DNA from: Octopus vulgaris
Taxonomy: Eukaryota
Assembly (NCBI GenBank): GCA_951406725.2
Contig: OX597831.1
Coordinates: forward strand, 62,496,001 to 62,560,000
Direction: 5' to 3'
Length of the DNA stretch: 64,000 nt
Shown: positions 40,801-53,508 of the stretch, one piece after another
Numbering within the stretch: position 1 is the first letter of the stretch
Layout: each line of letters opens with the position of its first letter
Notes under the pieces: generated by a model
The model's input: the letters and a program-made list of their open reading frames with translations, nothing else
Told to the model about the DNA's origin: nothing
The model's database searches: none
Translations under genes and position numbers: made by a program

Positions 40801-42911
40801 TGATTGCACAGGACCAAACAGTTTTGTATCTATTTTTATTATATTAGATCTGTTTATCGATTGTACAGAATAGGTATTTTTCTTCTATTTTTCTTAAACT
40901 TCTTCACTTGAATAATTTCTAATATAGTGGCCTATTACCAATTTCAAAAAGCATTATACAAGTTAGATGAAACGCAGAATCATTGTGCATTAAGATTTTG
41001 TCTTTCACACAATATTTCCAATTCTATTATTTATTAAGAATAGAATGAACTGAGTGAAACTTGATTTGTAATAATGTAGTACAATGGCTTCACGCAAGTT
41101 TTTGACTAACATGAGAAAATAGAAAGGCAATTTTGTTATTTCTAAAAAGCGATGATTTCATCTTAAAACATTTATAGAAATACTTTTTACAGTTTTGTCT
41201 TTAAATGCATCTGACATTTATTTCGTTATGTAAAAGAAAAAAATAATAACATATTCGCACTATTTCCAACAAAAATGTATATATATAAAATATATAAGTA
41301 AATTTTATCAATATGTGTATTAGATAGACATCGTAAAATATACATTTATGAGGTGCACGCAGAACAGCAAGAATTCAAGCAGTAAGGCATCGCTTCGTAA
41401 CTATTCATTCTGAATACCTTTTGACAGATTGGAACGTGTATACATGGCCACAGTTGTCCTTTATTATCACTAAACATGTCTCTTTCAACAATACGTGTTT
41501 ATGATAAATGATTCGTTAATGTAAAGAAGCCTTGTGACACTGCGGCGTTTCGGACTTATCGTGCGTCACCTTAGTCAAAGCTTCTCTCGTTCTCTTTCAC
41601 CCTCAGTCAAATATATGGCTATAGCCTTCACAGTCTATCCAAATTTTCGATTACTTTAACTCGAAGGATCACACGTGACAAATCCATATGTTACTATAGC
41701 TAGGACTGCATATCAAATCCAAGAACTTTTCTTTAAGGCTAGAAATTATTTTAGCCCCAAGCTGGCGGCTGAGACTTTACAAGGCAAAAGTAAGGAACTG
41801 AATGGAATATGTTCTTACATATGCGACCATGCTGCTGACACGGACACTAATATTCAAGGTCACATTCAGACAAAGGAAACTCCCAGCTCTGTTATAGCCT
41901 CAACACGACAGACAGACTGTTTTGTCTCTTGACCTTTATATTTAATACTATAATACCATCTAATTCTACGAGTTAGCATATCTCGTACCTCCACCACGAA
42001 TGTAGAAAGACATACTCACCTTCACACTTCTAGTCAGCTTTGATATGCCTGACTCACATTTACCGGCACAAAACAATATGCACAATCGGAAATCCCTGAT
42101 ATAGAATATTAGTAATGTCTGATATGAATATCAGAGATGTCCGAATGCTGGTGATCAATATCGGCACTCTAGAATGTGCTCTCTGCTCACATATTTCCTG
42201 CAGGTGTTCGTCGCCGTAATTGTTTAAACAACACTTACATGGTATTAAATTCGCCAATAATTTTAGAAGGTCTGCAGGCAGTATTGGCATTGCTACATCT
42301 CTTTGACTACTCATTTATGTATGCATATATATAGTTGCAGATTAAATACCTCTGCATCAGACACTAAGCAAATGTCTGCTACTATAGCCCCGGGCCGATC
42401 TAAGCGTTCCAAGTGGATTTGTTTCGAGTTTTTCAGCAATCAGGCAGACGACACAGCGTCAGTTGGACAATCCCAACCAGGTGTTCAAATAACACTGCCT
42501 CTGGTAGCATTCCATATTGCATGGATCACACCGGCGGATCCACCTCTATATAAGGACGAACTCTGCTAACTCTGCAACGAACATCTAGCTTTCCGCCTGC
42601 TGGCTTCTCTTATAGGCCTATACAAATACATATAAATCTGTGTAGGCAGGTACATAATTAAATACATACACACATACATATAAATATGCATATAGATATA
42701 TATTCACGCATAAACCTGTATAAATGTATTAATTATGGTAACTGGATTATCAATCTTTTGCATTAGTTCGAATGCTCCAAGCATGAAATGTATATCTATC
42801 CAAATATGTGCATTACTAATATAATTCAATAAAACTAAAATGTTCTTACTAGAGCACAAAATGCATTAATTGAAATTAGTATTCCATTACTTTGTGTGGA
42901 ACTCATCCTAG

Positions 42912-43047
<136 letters not shown>

Positions 43048-43127
43048 ATATGCATTTATATATATATATATGTATACATATATGTGTATATATATATGCA
43101 TATACAGATATGCATATATGTATATAT

Positions 43128-43244
43128 AAATATTACAGCACAATGTATTACAATCACACACACAAACACACATATACACACATGATGTAAATGTGTATGA
43201 GTATATATCTAAATATACATGTTCGTACTTACAGGTATCTATTC

Positions 43245-43288
<44 letters not shown>

Positions 43289-43289
43289 G

Positions 43290-43349
<60 letters not shown>

Positions 43350-43458
43350 CTGAAAGTACGAACATGTATATTTAGATATATACTCATACACATTTACATC
43401 ATGTGTGTGTGTGTGTATTTGTGTGTGTGATTGTAATACGTTGTGCTGTAATATTTAA
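43128..43458. repeat. ~110 bp inverted duplication around a (TA)n(GATA)n spacer
   Basis: aatattacagcacaatgtattacaatcac...tctaaatatacatgttcgtactt / aagtacgaacatgtatatttaga...gtgattgtaatacgttgtgctgtaatatt. Confidence 0.9.
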
Positions 43459-44779
43459 ATACAGTAAATTTTCTACTTCGTTATCTCGTGATCTAATACA
43501 TTTTCCTCCTTTAAAGTATCGAATAATTGCTTGTTAACAAGCTATATAAATTCTCGCTGCCGGCGTATATCGTGTCTGCTTAATAAGTATATCGCTGTCG
43601 GTGGGCGTCTGTCTATGTGAGTCAGATACAAAGGAAAAGGAATTTCCGTGATTATCAGAGAGAGACAGAGACAGAGAGAGTGACTGTGTGTGTGCCTGTG
43701 TGTGTGTATTTGTCAGTGTGTGCGTATGTGCATTTGTCAGTGTGTGTCTGTAGATAATGTAGCCAATATTTGAAGTTACCAATATTTGCCAATTTATTCT
43801 ATTTTCCTATTTGGTTACGATACCAGGCAATTAAATTTCACTGAAATATATTCGCATGTCTTATTTTAACTAAGTTAATATAATGTCCTTTTTAGTTCGA
43901 ACTTACTCTTCGGTGTAACAATATGGACGCAGTCATGTTAAAGTGTATAAGGAGTTCGCATTCACTTCGCAGTTATGAGTGCATTCTTTCAAACCTTCGT
44001 GCTGCCGCAAGCATTATAAGAGATACTACGTGGGCGCTAACTATGTGGAAGCCGATGTGTACGCTGTACCTGCAAAACCGTCAGCGAATTTCGTCACGAA
44101 TAGTTTGACAAATTTTACGTACAGATTTCATAAATTGCACAAAACGAGATACTATTAACTGCCAGACAGTTGATGACAGACACAGCATCGAAACTATAAT
44201 ATCATGTACGATAAACTGATAGTATATTTCATGTTACTTGTTAAGTAACAAGTTTAATCTGGAGTGAGAACGTCTTCTTCACTACTTGAGATACATTACG
44301 ATTACATAATACAACTGTGTGATTCACAAAAAAGTAATTTATGAATTATTATTATTAAGCAGCTGCATTGTAAGGTTAGATAACATCAATATTTGCGCAC
44401 AAGTATAAAGATATAGAAAGGCATATTTTTGCCCCTCAACATAATTCATGTGTTACGTTAGAGGCTATGCTCTAGTACCTTTTAGTTAGCATATTATAGT
44501 GACTCACGGTTGAGTTCCAAAGGTATCATGTAGGAACATATATAAAAATATAACTGTGTCTGAGCATAACCAACACAAAAAAGCAAATTTATTATGTTTA
44601 GTAGAAAGGTTATAATCCAGTTGCTTACTGATGCGTCCAGTAAGAGTTATATGCGAAGGTACCTAAATACATGCAGAGGAAGCTATACCCCGGAATCCTT
44701 GGTTTAGAAAGGAAACTTCTAAGCGCACAACGACCAGTATATGTATGTACATGTATGTGTACTTGTGTGTGTGTATGTG

Positions 44780-44812
<33 letters not shown>

Positions 44813-45073
44813 GTGTGTGTGTGTGTATGGCGCGTGCGCTCACGACTTACACGATGGCTACAAATTTAGCAACACTATGGTCTCATTCGTCTCTCAATTC
44901 GACGCTGATGTGTTTTTTTTTTCCAGATCTAGAATCTCAAAACATTTGCAAAGATGTGGCAACGATGGGTGATTCTCGTAACATATGTTCAGGGAAATTA
45001 TCTCCTACGCTGACGCAAACCTTTATTTCATCATTTAAATTCTCATTTACTCTTTAATATTTTTCGTTTGTAG

Positions 45074-45127
45074 CAGATAATGGAATTGTCAAAAATCCGG
45101 TGATGCTTTCACCAGAAGGGTTTCAAC
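45074..45127 (+). other. Candidate 54 nt host exon (phase 1-1)
   Basis: Pyrimidine-rich acceptor ttttcgtttgtag|cag (NAGNAG), open frame DNGIVKNPVMLSPEGFQ, donor |gtgagt. No homology recognised. Confidence 0.3.
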
Positions 45128-46764
45128 GTGAGTAAAGACGGTGAACATAGCTATTCCCACTCGCAAGACAATCTATGTATTTAATTAAAATGAAGAACTA
45201 GTCTACATCATTTGATGGAACTGAAGTCTCGTGTGTTACATCAGGGCTGTCCTCGTTCCAGAGGGATGTCTAAAGAACAGCTAAGCAGCTCAGTCTTTGG
45301 CTCAAACATTTGCATCGGTCCTTTGACAAATTCACTATTTCATCCTCGGTGTTTCCCACTAAACTCATTCTCATTACCAAGCAAGCTTCATAGCGTTACT
45401 CGATTAGTAACCGACGACCCAAACATGCGGATGTAGATGGTTACATGTTACCAGTAGTATTAAGAGTGACCTTACATACTCACTTATACACGTTCATGCG
45501 AGCGCCGGCAAACACATAGACAGGCATATACCCTCACATCTACATATATTTTGGGAGATTTGCAGCTTTGGTGTCTTGCAGAGGATTTGTCAATACGTAA
45601 ACACGGGTATATGTCGTTGACTACATGCTGTAACATTAGTTGTAATAGGGGCAGTTTTTCTGCTAGGCATTTTACCTAGGACTCCAAAAGATTTCAATAG
45701 AACTAAAACGTTTGAAGAATGGGTGCATTACTTAGATATTAAGAATTTTCACATTTTCTCAGTTTCCAGGTTTGTTCAGTCCAATGATTGTGATTGAAAT
45801 TGGTATTCTAGGAACTGTATAGTCTTCGAATGCATTAGGCCTGTAATGCATACAACCAGCTGTAATTTTATTTAAGGGTGCAAATGTCTTTGTTATGATC
45901 AGTGGCATATATTACAATAAGTATGGTAGTTACCTTAATAAACTTACTTCCCGCTAGCCGAAAGAAGCATTAGATCCATTAATGTTTGTGCTTGGAGTAC
46001 GATGTGCGAAGGGTTTATTAGCAAATGTATCAGCGCGAATATGCCTATGTATATATGCATATTTTACTGTGTTAGCTGACATTTTCTCTCAGATATAATA
46101 TATCATCCCGTGATTTTCCGATTCACAAATTTCGAAAGACATATGTCAAATACATACAAGAATTTCAATTAAATGTGCCATTATGCTGCTATATAAAGTC
46201 TAATATATATAATTCAATCTATCTGAAGTCCTCTTATACGTTCCAGTAGGTCACAAACTCTTTGCATTTAATAGCGACAGACCATTAACGACAGCTAAAG
46301 TTATTAAACGTATTGAAGTTATCGATGTATCTTTTATATCTTACAAAATATCGGATATATAACGGTTTACTTATAGTACATTGGATACAATAACAACAAT
46401 TATGCGAAAACTACAGGTTCAATACACAAGAAAATGAATATCAAACAATTTTATACATGTAGTAAAGAAAATCTTATATGGTTTCTTCCTAAAATGGTAT
46501 GCTCCACAGAAATCCTATCAGTCACAGCTCAGGTATTTCTCTCGTAAATACTACTGAAATGTTAACGACACTCTTTTCACTATTTCAAATTCTGCCCAAG
46601 TGTGTTTTTTTTTCTTTTGAGAAAGAATGGAAAGCTTTGATCTAGACAAGTATTAATAATAATTTAAACGTTATTTCACATACCGCGTGTATCTTGGAAT
46701 TATCCATTGATACTGAATTATTATTTCAATTTACACTCTTATATACATTTAATAATATATTGCG

Positions 46765-47367
46765 GAAGAAGACAGCAAGCTGGCAGGAACGTTAGCACGC
46801 CGGGCGAAATGCTCAGCGGTATTTCGTCTGCCGCTACGTTCTGAGTTCAAATTCCGCCCAGGTTGACTTCACCTTTCATCGTTTCGGAGTCGATAAATTA
46901 AGTACCAGTTAAGCACTGAGGTCGATGTAATCTACTTAATCCGTTTGTCTGTCCTTGTTTGTCCCCTCTGTGTTTAGCCCCTTGTGAGTAGTAAAGAAAT
47001 AGGTATTTAATCTGCCGCTACGTTCTGAGGTCGACTTTACCTTTCATCCTTTCGGTGTTGATAAATTAAGTACCAGTTACGTACTGGGGTGGATATAATC
47101 GACTGGTACCCTCCCCCAAAATTTCAGGCCTTGTGCCTAGAGTAGAAAAGAATGAAGAATCATTAGCACGCGGGGCGAAATGCTTAGCGTTATTTCGTCT
47201 GCCGTTACGTTCTGAGTTCAAATTCCACCGAGGCCCACTTTGCCTTTCATCCTTTCGGGGTCGATTAAATAAGTACCAGTTACGCATTGGAATCGATGTG
47301 ATTGACTCAGTCCCTTTCTCTGTCCTTGTTTGTCTCCTATATATTTAGCCCCTATGAGCAATAAATA
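46765..47367 (+). mobile_element. SINE family B multimer within one TSD
   Basis: Three units in tandem, flanked by aatatattgcg at 46754-46764 and 47368-47378. Confidence 0.88.
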
Positions 47368-47734
47368 AATATATTGCGACAGATTCCAAATTTAGAAGCC
47401 TCTTTCTTCTTATTATTATTTGTGTTATGATGGAGTGAAAACTAGTTCATGGCTCATAAGTTTTCTTGGTATTTCAAATATTGGTATTCTACATATCCCA
47501 GAATTCGCCCTTTAAGGGTACATTTCGCCATATAAAATTGCAAATTTAATATTTTAAAACAAAAGTATCAACTTGGTTTTCCAAATCCAGGTAAGCAATA
47601 GTTGTTGCAGTAACATCTATGACATTGTTTGTCCATCACTAATCGCTGTGTTCAAAAAACGAAGCACAGACAGCGGTAGAAAAACAATAGATATCAACAA
47701 GAGGAACAGTAACAGAGGCAGCAGCAACAACAGT

Positions 47735-48100
47735 GGAGGCGCAATGGCCTAGTGGTTAGGGCAGTGGACTCGTGGTCGGAGGATCGCGGTTTCGATCCCC
47801 AGACCGCGCGTTGTGTGTGTTTATTGAGCGAAAACACCTAAAGCTCCACGAGGCTCCGGCAGGCGGTGGTGGCGACCCCTGTAGTACTATTTCGTCCCAA
47901 CTTTCTCTCACTCTTGCTTCCTATTTCTTGTCCCCGACTTCGTACGCAACCGCTGAGCCTGGATGCGCATTCATCCATCCGTCGATGCTCTCGGTGTCGG
48001 GGGTTGACCTGCTTTCTTTTCTGCGGGTCTTACGAATAGCAGAGGACCACGTTTCGGACTTCTCCCATCTTGCGAGCTCTGGGACGAAAACCGTTCGCTC
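47735..48100 (+). mobile_element. SINE family C in (CAA/CAG)n
   Basis: ggaggcgcaatggcctagtggttagg...ggtttcgatccc head; different 3' half ending gggacgaaaaccgttcgctcaacagc. Confidence 0.85.
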
Positions 48101-48479
48101 AACAGCAACAGCAGCAGCAACAACAATAACAAGAAGGGTATTAATAACAGAAACAGCAGCTGCAATGAGGAATGTGTATTTTTAAGTGACGCATGCAATG
48201 CGTAACCTCCGTACATAACACCAACAACTCTACCTAACACCACACTACTACCAACGTTCCCACTACACGAAACATTATTGAAACGACAACAGCGGTAGGT
48301 TTGTTTTTTTTCTAAGCTGAACGCAAACGGCTTCGCACGATTATGCCGAAAAATAGAAAATGTGGAATTGATGCAAAAAATGTCGAGCGACTCCAAGCCG
48401 CACTTAACGAAGAATAGCAGAACAGTCTATCTTAACACAAAAGATGATGTACAAAAGATACTGCGAAAAACCATTATAC

Positions 48480-49300
48480 ATAAATGTACATCTTTAATAA
48501 GGAGACTGTAGCGAGCAACGCGGGCTCAAATCGAAAAGTAGCTGAGAAAGGTCCGGATTTTAAAAACTTATGTCACGCGTTGGAGACTCTTTGGCACAGT
48601 TGAGATAACATTCTCGACTAAAGAATTAGTCGAGGAAAATTCCACAATAACCACCCTCAAAAGTGAGGAATTATGGCTAATTTCGACATACCTCAATCAG
48701 AGGGTGTTCAAAGTAAAATAGTAGAAGTGCCACGAAAAGTTGACATCGCTATGCTGGTAACAATGTTATTATACGACATAGATGCCAAAATAAATATTCT
48801 GCAAGGACACAAAATGGGAAAGGAGAATTGGTCAGGCAGGGACATGGAATTGTAGTTAAACGCTGACCTGACAGTATCTAAGACATTACCTGAACTGATC
48901 AACTTACCAAATTGAACACCGTTATTTGAAGCAGTAGATGCCTAGATGCCACGTTTGTGGTGAAAGAAACCATTTAAAGGTTTTCTGCCCATGGAAAGAT
49001 AACAAAATTCCCGTTGGTACAGACACGTGTAACGCAATAGCAACGGTAACAAAAACAACAGCACCACCATCACCAACACCAACAATAACAGTCTCAGTGC
49101 CAAGAGCAGCAGTGTCCAAGACTAAGAAAAACAACAACTTCGACAGAAAGAGCAGCAGGAGAAATCCACTCAACAATATCAACAGCAAGCACCGGTACCA
49201 TACCCGGGAAAAACTTGTAAATCCTACACCCTTGCAACCGAGAGTAACTTCACTCACACCAATTGACCAGAATATCAGCTGAGAAATGGGCGAGTGTGCA
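48480..49300 (+). pseudogene. Decayed gag-like ORF1 of a non-LTR element (zinc knuckle)
   Basis: PRCHVCGERNHLKVFCP is a CX2CX4HX4C knuckle; upstream broken frames read FGTVEITFST and KIVEVP; followed by a T/P-rich linker. Confidence 0.65.
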
Positions 49301-50389
49301 GACATACCTCCCTCGTCTGCCACCGATTTTCGAAACTCTGAAAATTCGTCTAACGAAATTCGTGCTAATGTTTCTGCCTGCTCGCCGCCTTCCAACTCTA
49401 CAAATACTGCCGACATTACAGCATCCCTACAAACAAATATATAGCAATCCTGACCAGCAGTATAAACGGCATTCAGAAGACATTTCTAATTACATGCTAT
49501 ATATAAAAACAACATGAACATATTCAAAACTACACAGAAATGAATATATAATGATTTAGTAATCGGCCACATCCATAGAAATAATTATGCTATTTGGTCA
49601 GCAAATTCAGTTTTATTCTCGAGTCGAGTGTCAGTTCTATTACATATCATACATTTGCTTAGCCTAATTTAGAAACGCCGTTCCACAATTCCCTAGATGA
49701 GTGGGTAGCTCAGCAATAAAATGTTTTCAAACTCTGGCTCAGATGAAACTTATCAAATTAATGTCAATCATTATTATTACACTTTTATAACTTATTTAAA
49801 ATTACAACGTTCTTCAAATTATATTTTGTCTTGCTATTTGGCAAATAACTTTCCATTGAACACGCAAGAGAAAACATAAATCATCTAATCAGAGAAATAA
49901 AGATTTCTACGAAACAAGCTTTCAGTTTTTTTAAACTAAAATAAAATATAATTAACTAAATATTGCTTTGATTTTCATAGCTATGTTTAGATATGATAGT
50001 ACGAGGATCTATAATCATATACAAAGTCTTCATGCCTTGAAATAAGATCCGATTAAAGTTAAATACAGAAGTTAATAGCACAGTTAATAGAAGTTAATAA
50101 AAGTCAATAACGTTCAAAAGTGCGAAAGGGCAATATAATGTTAATTATGTAGAAGCATATTACGAAGCTAATGGCTAGACTTAAACTCACTGATTCTGAA
50201 TATAAGGATTGGATTTCAAGATTGACTGGAGGTGACAGTATAACGAAGAGGTGAATTGTTTCACCGTTAGTAAAATTTCTTGAATATGCATAAATGTTAA
50301 ATGTTAATTCCTTTAAATTATAGAAATCCATCAGATGTTGCGTTGTTTCATTAAAGTATATATATATATATATATATATATAGTAATAT

Positions 50390-50620
50390 ATATCAATGCA
50401 GTGCTGCATCCGAGATATTACGAGCAGGGGAGCGAACCCTACCACCGTTAGAGACGGTAGCAGCAGATCAATCTTCGTTTCGAGCTATTTCTGCCACTCT
50501 TCAGTACTGGACACTTCCACTGCTAGAGGTATCACTATCACGCTTCTACTCGCACCAAAAATTATTTACTGGTAGATTTCGGCATGTATATATAACCATT
50601 AATGATAGGAACTTCTGTAA
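50390..50620 (-). mobile_element. TA-adjacent cassette with hammerhead-like motif
   Basis: Minus strand cagta-CTGAAGA-gtggcagaaatagctc-GAAAC-gaagattg-ATC-tgctg at 50461-50509. Confidence 0.4.
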
Positions 50621-51161
50621 AGTTCAGTGTATATATATTGTGTATATATTCAGTGTATATATATTGTGTATATATATCAGTGTATATATAAAAGGGGCAG
50701 GCAACAGGTTGCTTGGCCGCATACCAAAAATATAGAAATGGCAACCATAGACTGTTTATTTCTATTTTCTACAAATGGGACTTCACATACGACATATCCC
50801 TGTAATTCACATATGCAAAACAGGAAAAAATAACGAAAACAAAGTCTAATGGTCATTTGCGAACATGTTTCTAGGTCAGAAATATAATTTCATATCTTTC
50901 ATCAGCGCAACTCTCCATAAAAATAGATTTATCAAATGCTACACACATCCTTCTGACCAGGCGACATCAAAAGAGTGGAAGAAAGCGAGCATAGGCTAAA
51001 CCTAAATAGACAGTTGAATTCGCAAATTTTCCCTCCAAAAGTTTACTATGCGCATTACAAAAATAAGGGTTGTCGTAAGGAAGTGAAAATTCCAATTAGT
51101 AATATAATAATAAGAGTAAATAATTTCTTTAATGGTTTTTAAAAAACCAACAAGTCCCATT

Positions 51162-51249
<88 letters not shown>

Positions 51250-51257
51250 CATTTAGT

Positions 51258-51435
51258 TTCATATGAATATGGTATTTAAATTAAGGCAACAGAATTTAGT
51301 ACGGTATTATCCATACAATTTCAAAGTATGGTGATTAAAATAGAAAAGCAACAAGGATATCCAGAGGGAATGCAGCACGATCGTTGCATGAAACGATCGT
51401 ACTGCATTACGTCTGGATATCCTTGTTGCTTATTT

Positions 51436-51438
<3 letters not shown>
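51258..51438. mobile_element. Head-to-head inverted copies of the 52884 cassette 3' part
   Basis: Palindrome centred at 51388/51389; right arm contains GAAAC-gatc-GTA-ctgcat; left arm matches the reverse complement of 52955-53086. Confidence 0.85.
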
Positions 51439-51483
<45 letters not shown>

Positions 51484-52059
51484 ATGTATGTGTATGAGTC
51501 TGTTTTGACGTGCAGCTGTAGGAGAGCGGGTGAGAATGCAAGTGTGTTAATATGTGTCTGTACCCTTGTACGTATGCATGTGGATATGCGGCCTGACACC
51601 GTTATCATTTGTAACGCCATGAAACCGGCTAATGTTCATTTATTATGCCCAAAATGCTTTGGCCAACACACTACGTGTTATGTACTCAACCACTCATCTC
51701 CCCTCTTAAAATATCACATGTTTACCCTGACATTTACCAACACTAATCCATATTTATGGTTGTGGTGGTCATTATCCTCACTTCCTACTATCGTCTTTCC
51801 AGCCTTGAACCTCTCGGATATTTACATTAAATTACTGCATTTTCGTTTATCTGGTTAAAGGTTTTTTGTTAATGCATCCACCCATCATGCAATGCAACTA
51901 CGTACTAAAACAACAGTATGACATTGCGTATTATCGAATACTGAAATCTCTGTCACGGATGGAATAAAGGCGTACCAAATTCAAGCATGTGCGTGTGTGT
52001 GGTCATAAAAGTGCGGTAAAGAATTTCGACTATCCCCACGTGGCGAGGTATACTGAAAA

Positions 52060-52545
52060 AATATATAAGGAGGAGAGTGCGCACAATTTACACAATTCCA
52101 CAAGTTCTTAATCGGATTCAGGTCCGGGCTCTGGGGAGGCCATTCGATTACGTCAATATTATGGTGATCAAATAATTCCATAACTTTTTGGCTTTGTGCA
52201 CAGGACTATTGTCCTGCTGATAAATAGACCTTGGAGGCATTTGGTGAGTCAAATATGACGCAACATTATCCTTTAGTAAATTCATATAACCTTCACTATT
52301 TAGTTTTCCACCAACTTTACCTAGAGGGCCAACACCAAAGCTACCAAGTGCCGCCCATACCATTACATCCCCACCCCCGCTTGCGCCGTCTTTTTCACGC
52401 ATTTCGGATAGAATTCCTCGGTAGGGTGACGTCTGACGTGTGCTTACAGAAGCGTGACTCGTCACGCCAAAGGACCCTGCACCATTCTTCAGCAGTCCAT
52501 TGAGCATGGATGTTTGCGAAATTAAGGCGTGTGAGTCGACTTCCT
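52060..52545 (-). mobile_element. Tc1-like transposase fragment
   Basis: GGGDVMVWAALG...IYQQDNSPVHKAK and WPPQSPDLNPIKNLW, the DD34E-family motif region; frameshifted, no TIRs seen. Confidence 0.9.
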
Positions 52546-52883
52546 TCGGATATTATTGGCTTATTCGGATATTATTGATTTATTCGTATATTATGATGTA
52601 TGTCTTCTCCCTCAGCCCTAACCCTAACAAATGCTGTCCTCTGTTCTCTCAGCCTTAGATATACAAGGGATTTGATAAAGTAGTTTATAAATTAAAACTG
52701 ACCTCATAAAAAATTAGTGATAGGTAGAGTCCGTAACTATGTATATCTTCTTGAAAACTTAGTAAATTCTATGCGGGAGTGAGACAGCATGTTCTTTGTC
52801 TATCTCCTTAACTTCTTGGAGATTTTATGTATAGTTATACTAATATGTCCATTTGTTCAAATTTAATTAAATTCTATGTCTTT

Positions 52884-52972
52884 GTGCAGCTGAAGATTAC
52901 TCTCCATTTTAAATTGAGGCAATGATTGCATTGTTTAATTAAATGCAGTTGCATGAAACAATCGTACTGCAT
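52884..52972 (+). ncRNA. Type I hammerhead ribozyme motif with extended stem II
   Basis: gtgcag-CTGAAGA-(58 nt)-GAAAC-aatc-GTA-ctgcat. Stem I has 6 bp (one G-U), the core boxes are intact, and GUA is the cleavage triplet. The stem II closing pair is non-canonical. Confidence 0.7.
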
Positions 52973-53082
52973 TACCTCTAAATTTCCTTGTTACTTATTT
53001 TGATTTTAATGCTCTTACTTTGAAATTGTAAGAATAATACCGTACTAAATTCTGGTAGCTCAACTTAAGTACCATATTTATC

Positions 53083-53145
<63 letters not shown>

Positions 53146-53293
53146 GTGTTGGTGTATTAATTTCCACGAAATGTAGCAGTTCAGCAAAATAAACCGATAG
53201 AATAAATACTAGGCTTTTAAAAATATCTGTAGTGCGGGACCAGCACAACTCTTGCGCATACACATACGACTGATTCTTTCCATTAGTATATGT

Positions 53294-53508
53294 TTTCTTA
53301 TTACCCACAAGGGGCTAAACATAGAGGGGACAAACAAAGACAGACAAACAATTACAACGACCCCAGTGTGTAACTGGTACTTAATTTATCGACCCCAAAA
53401 GGATGAAAGTCGACCTCGGTGGAATTTGAACTCAGAACGCAGCGGCGGACGAATTTCCGCAAAGCATTTCGCCCGGCGTTTCTAACGATTCTGCCAGCTC
53501 GCCGCCTT
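53294..53508 (-). mobile_element. SINE family B with TSD
   Basis: Ends ctgccagctcgccgcctt; ttccattagtatatgt on both sides. Confidence 0.9.

Noticed and set aside
50880-50910. Minus-strand CTGATGA-aagatat-GAAA
   Set aside because: Neither stem I nor stem II can form; probably chance in AT-rich DNA.
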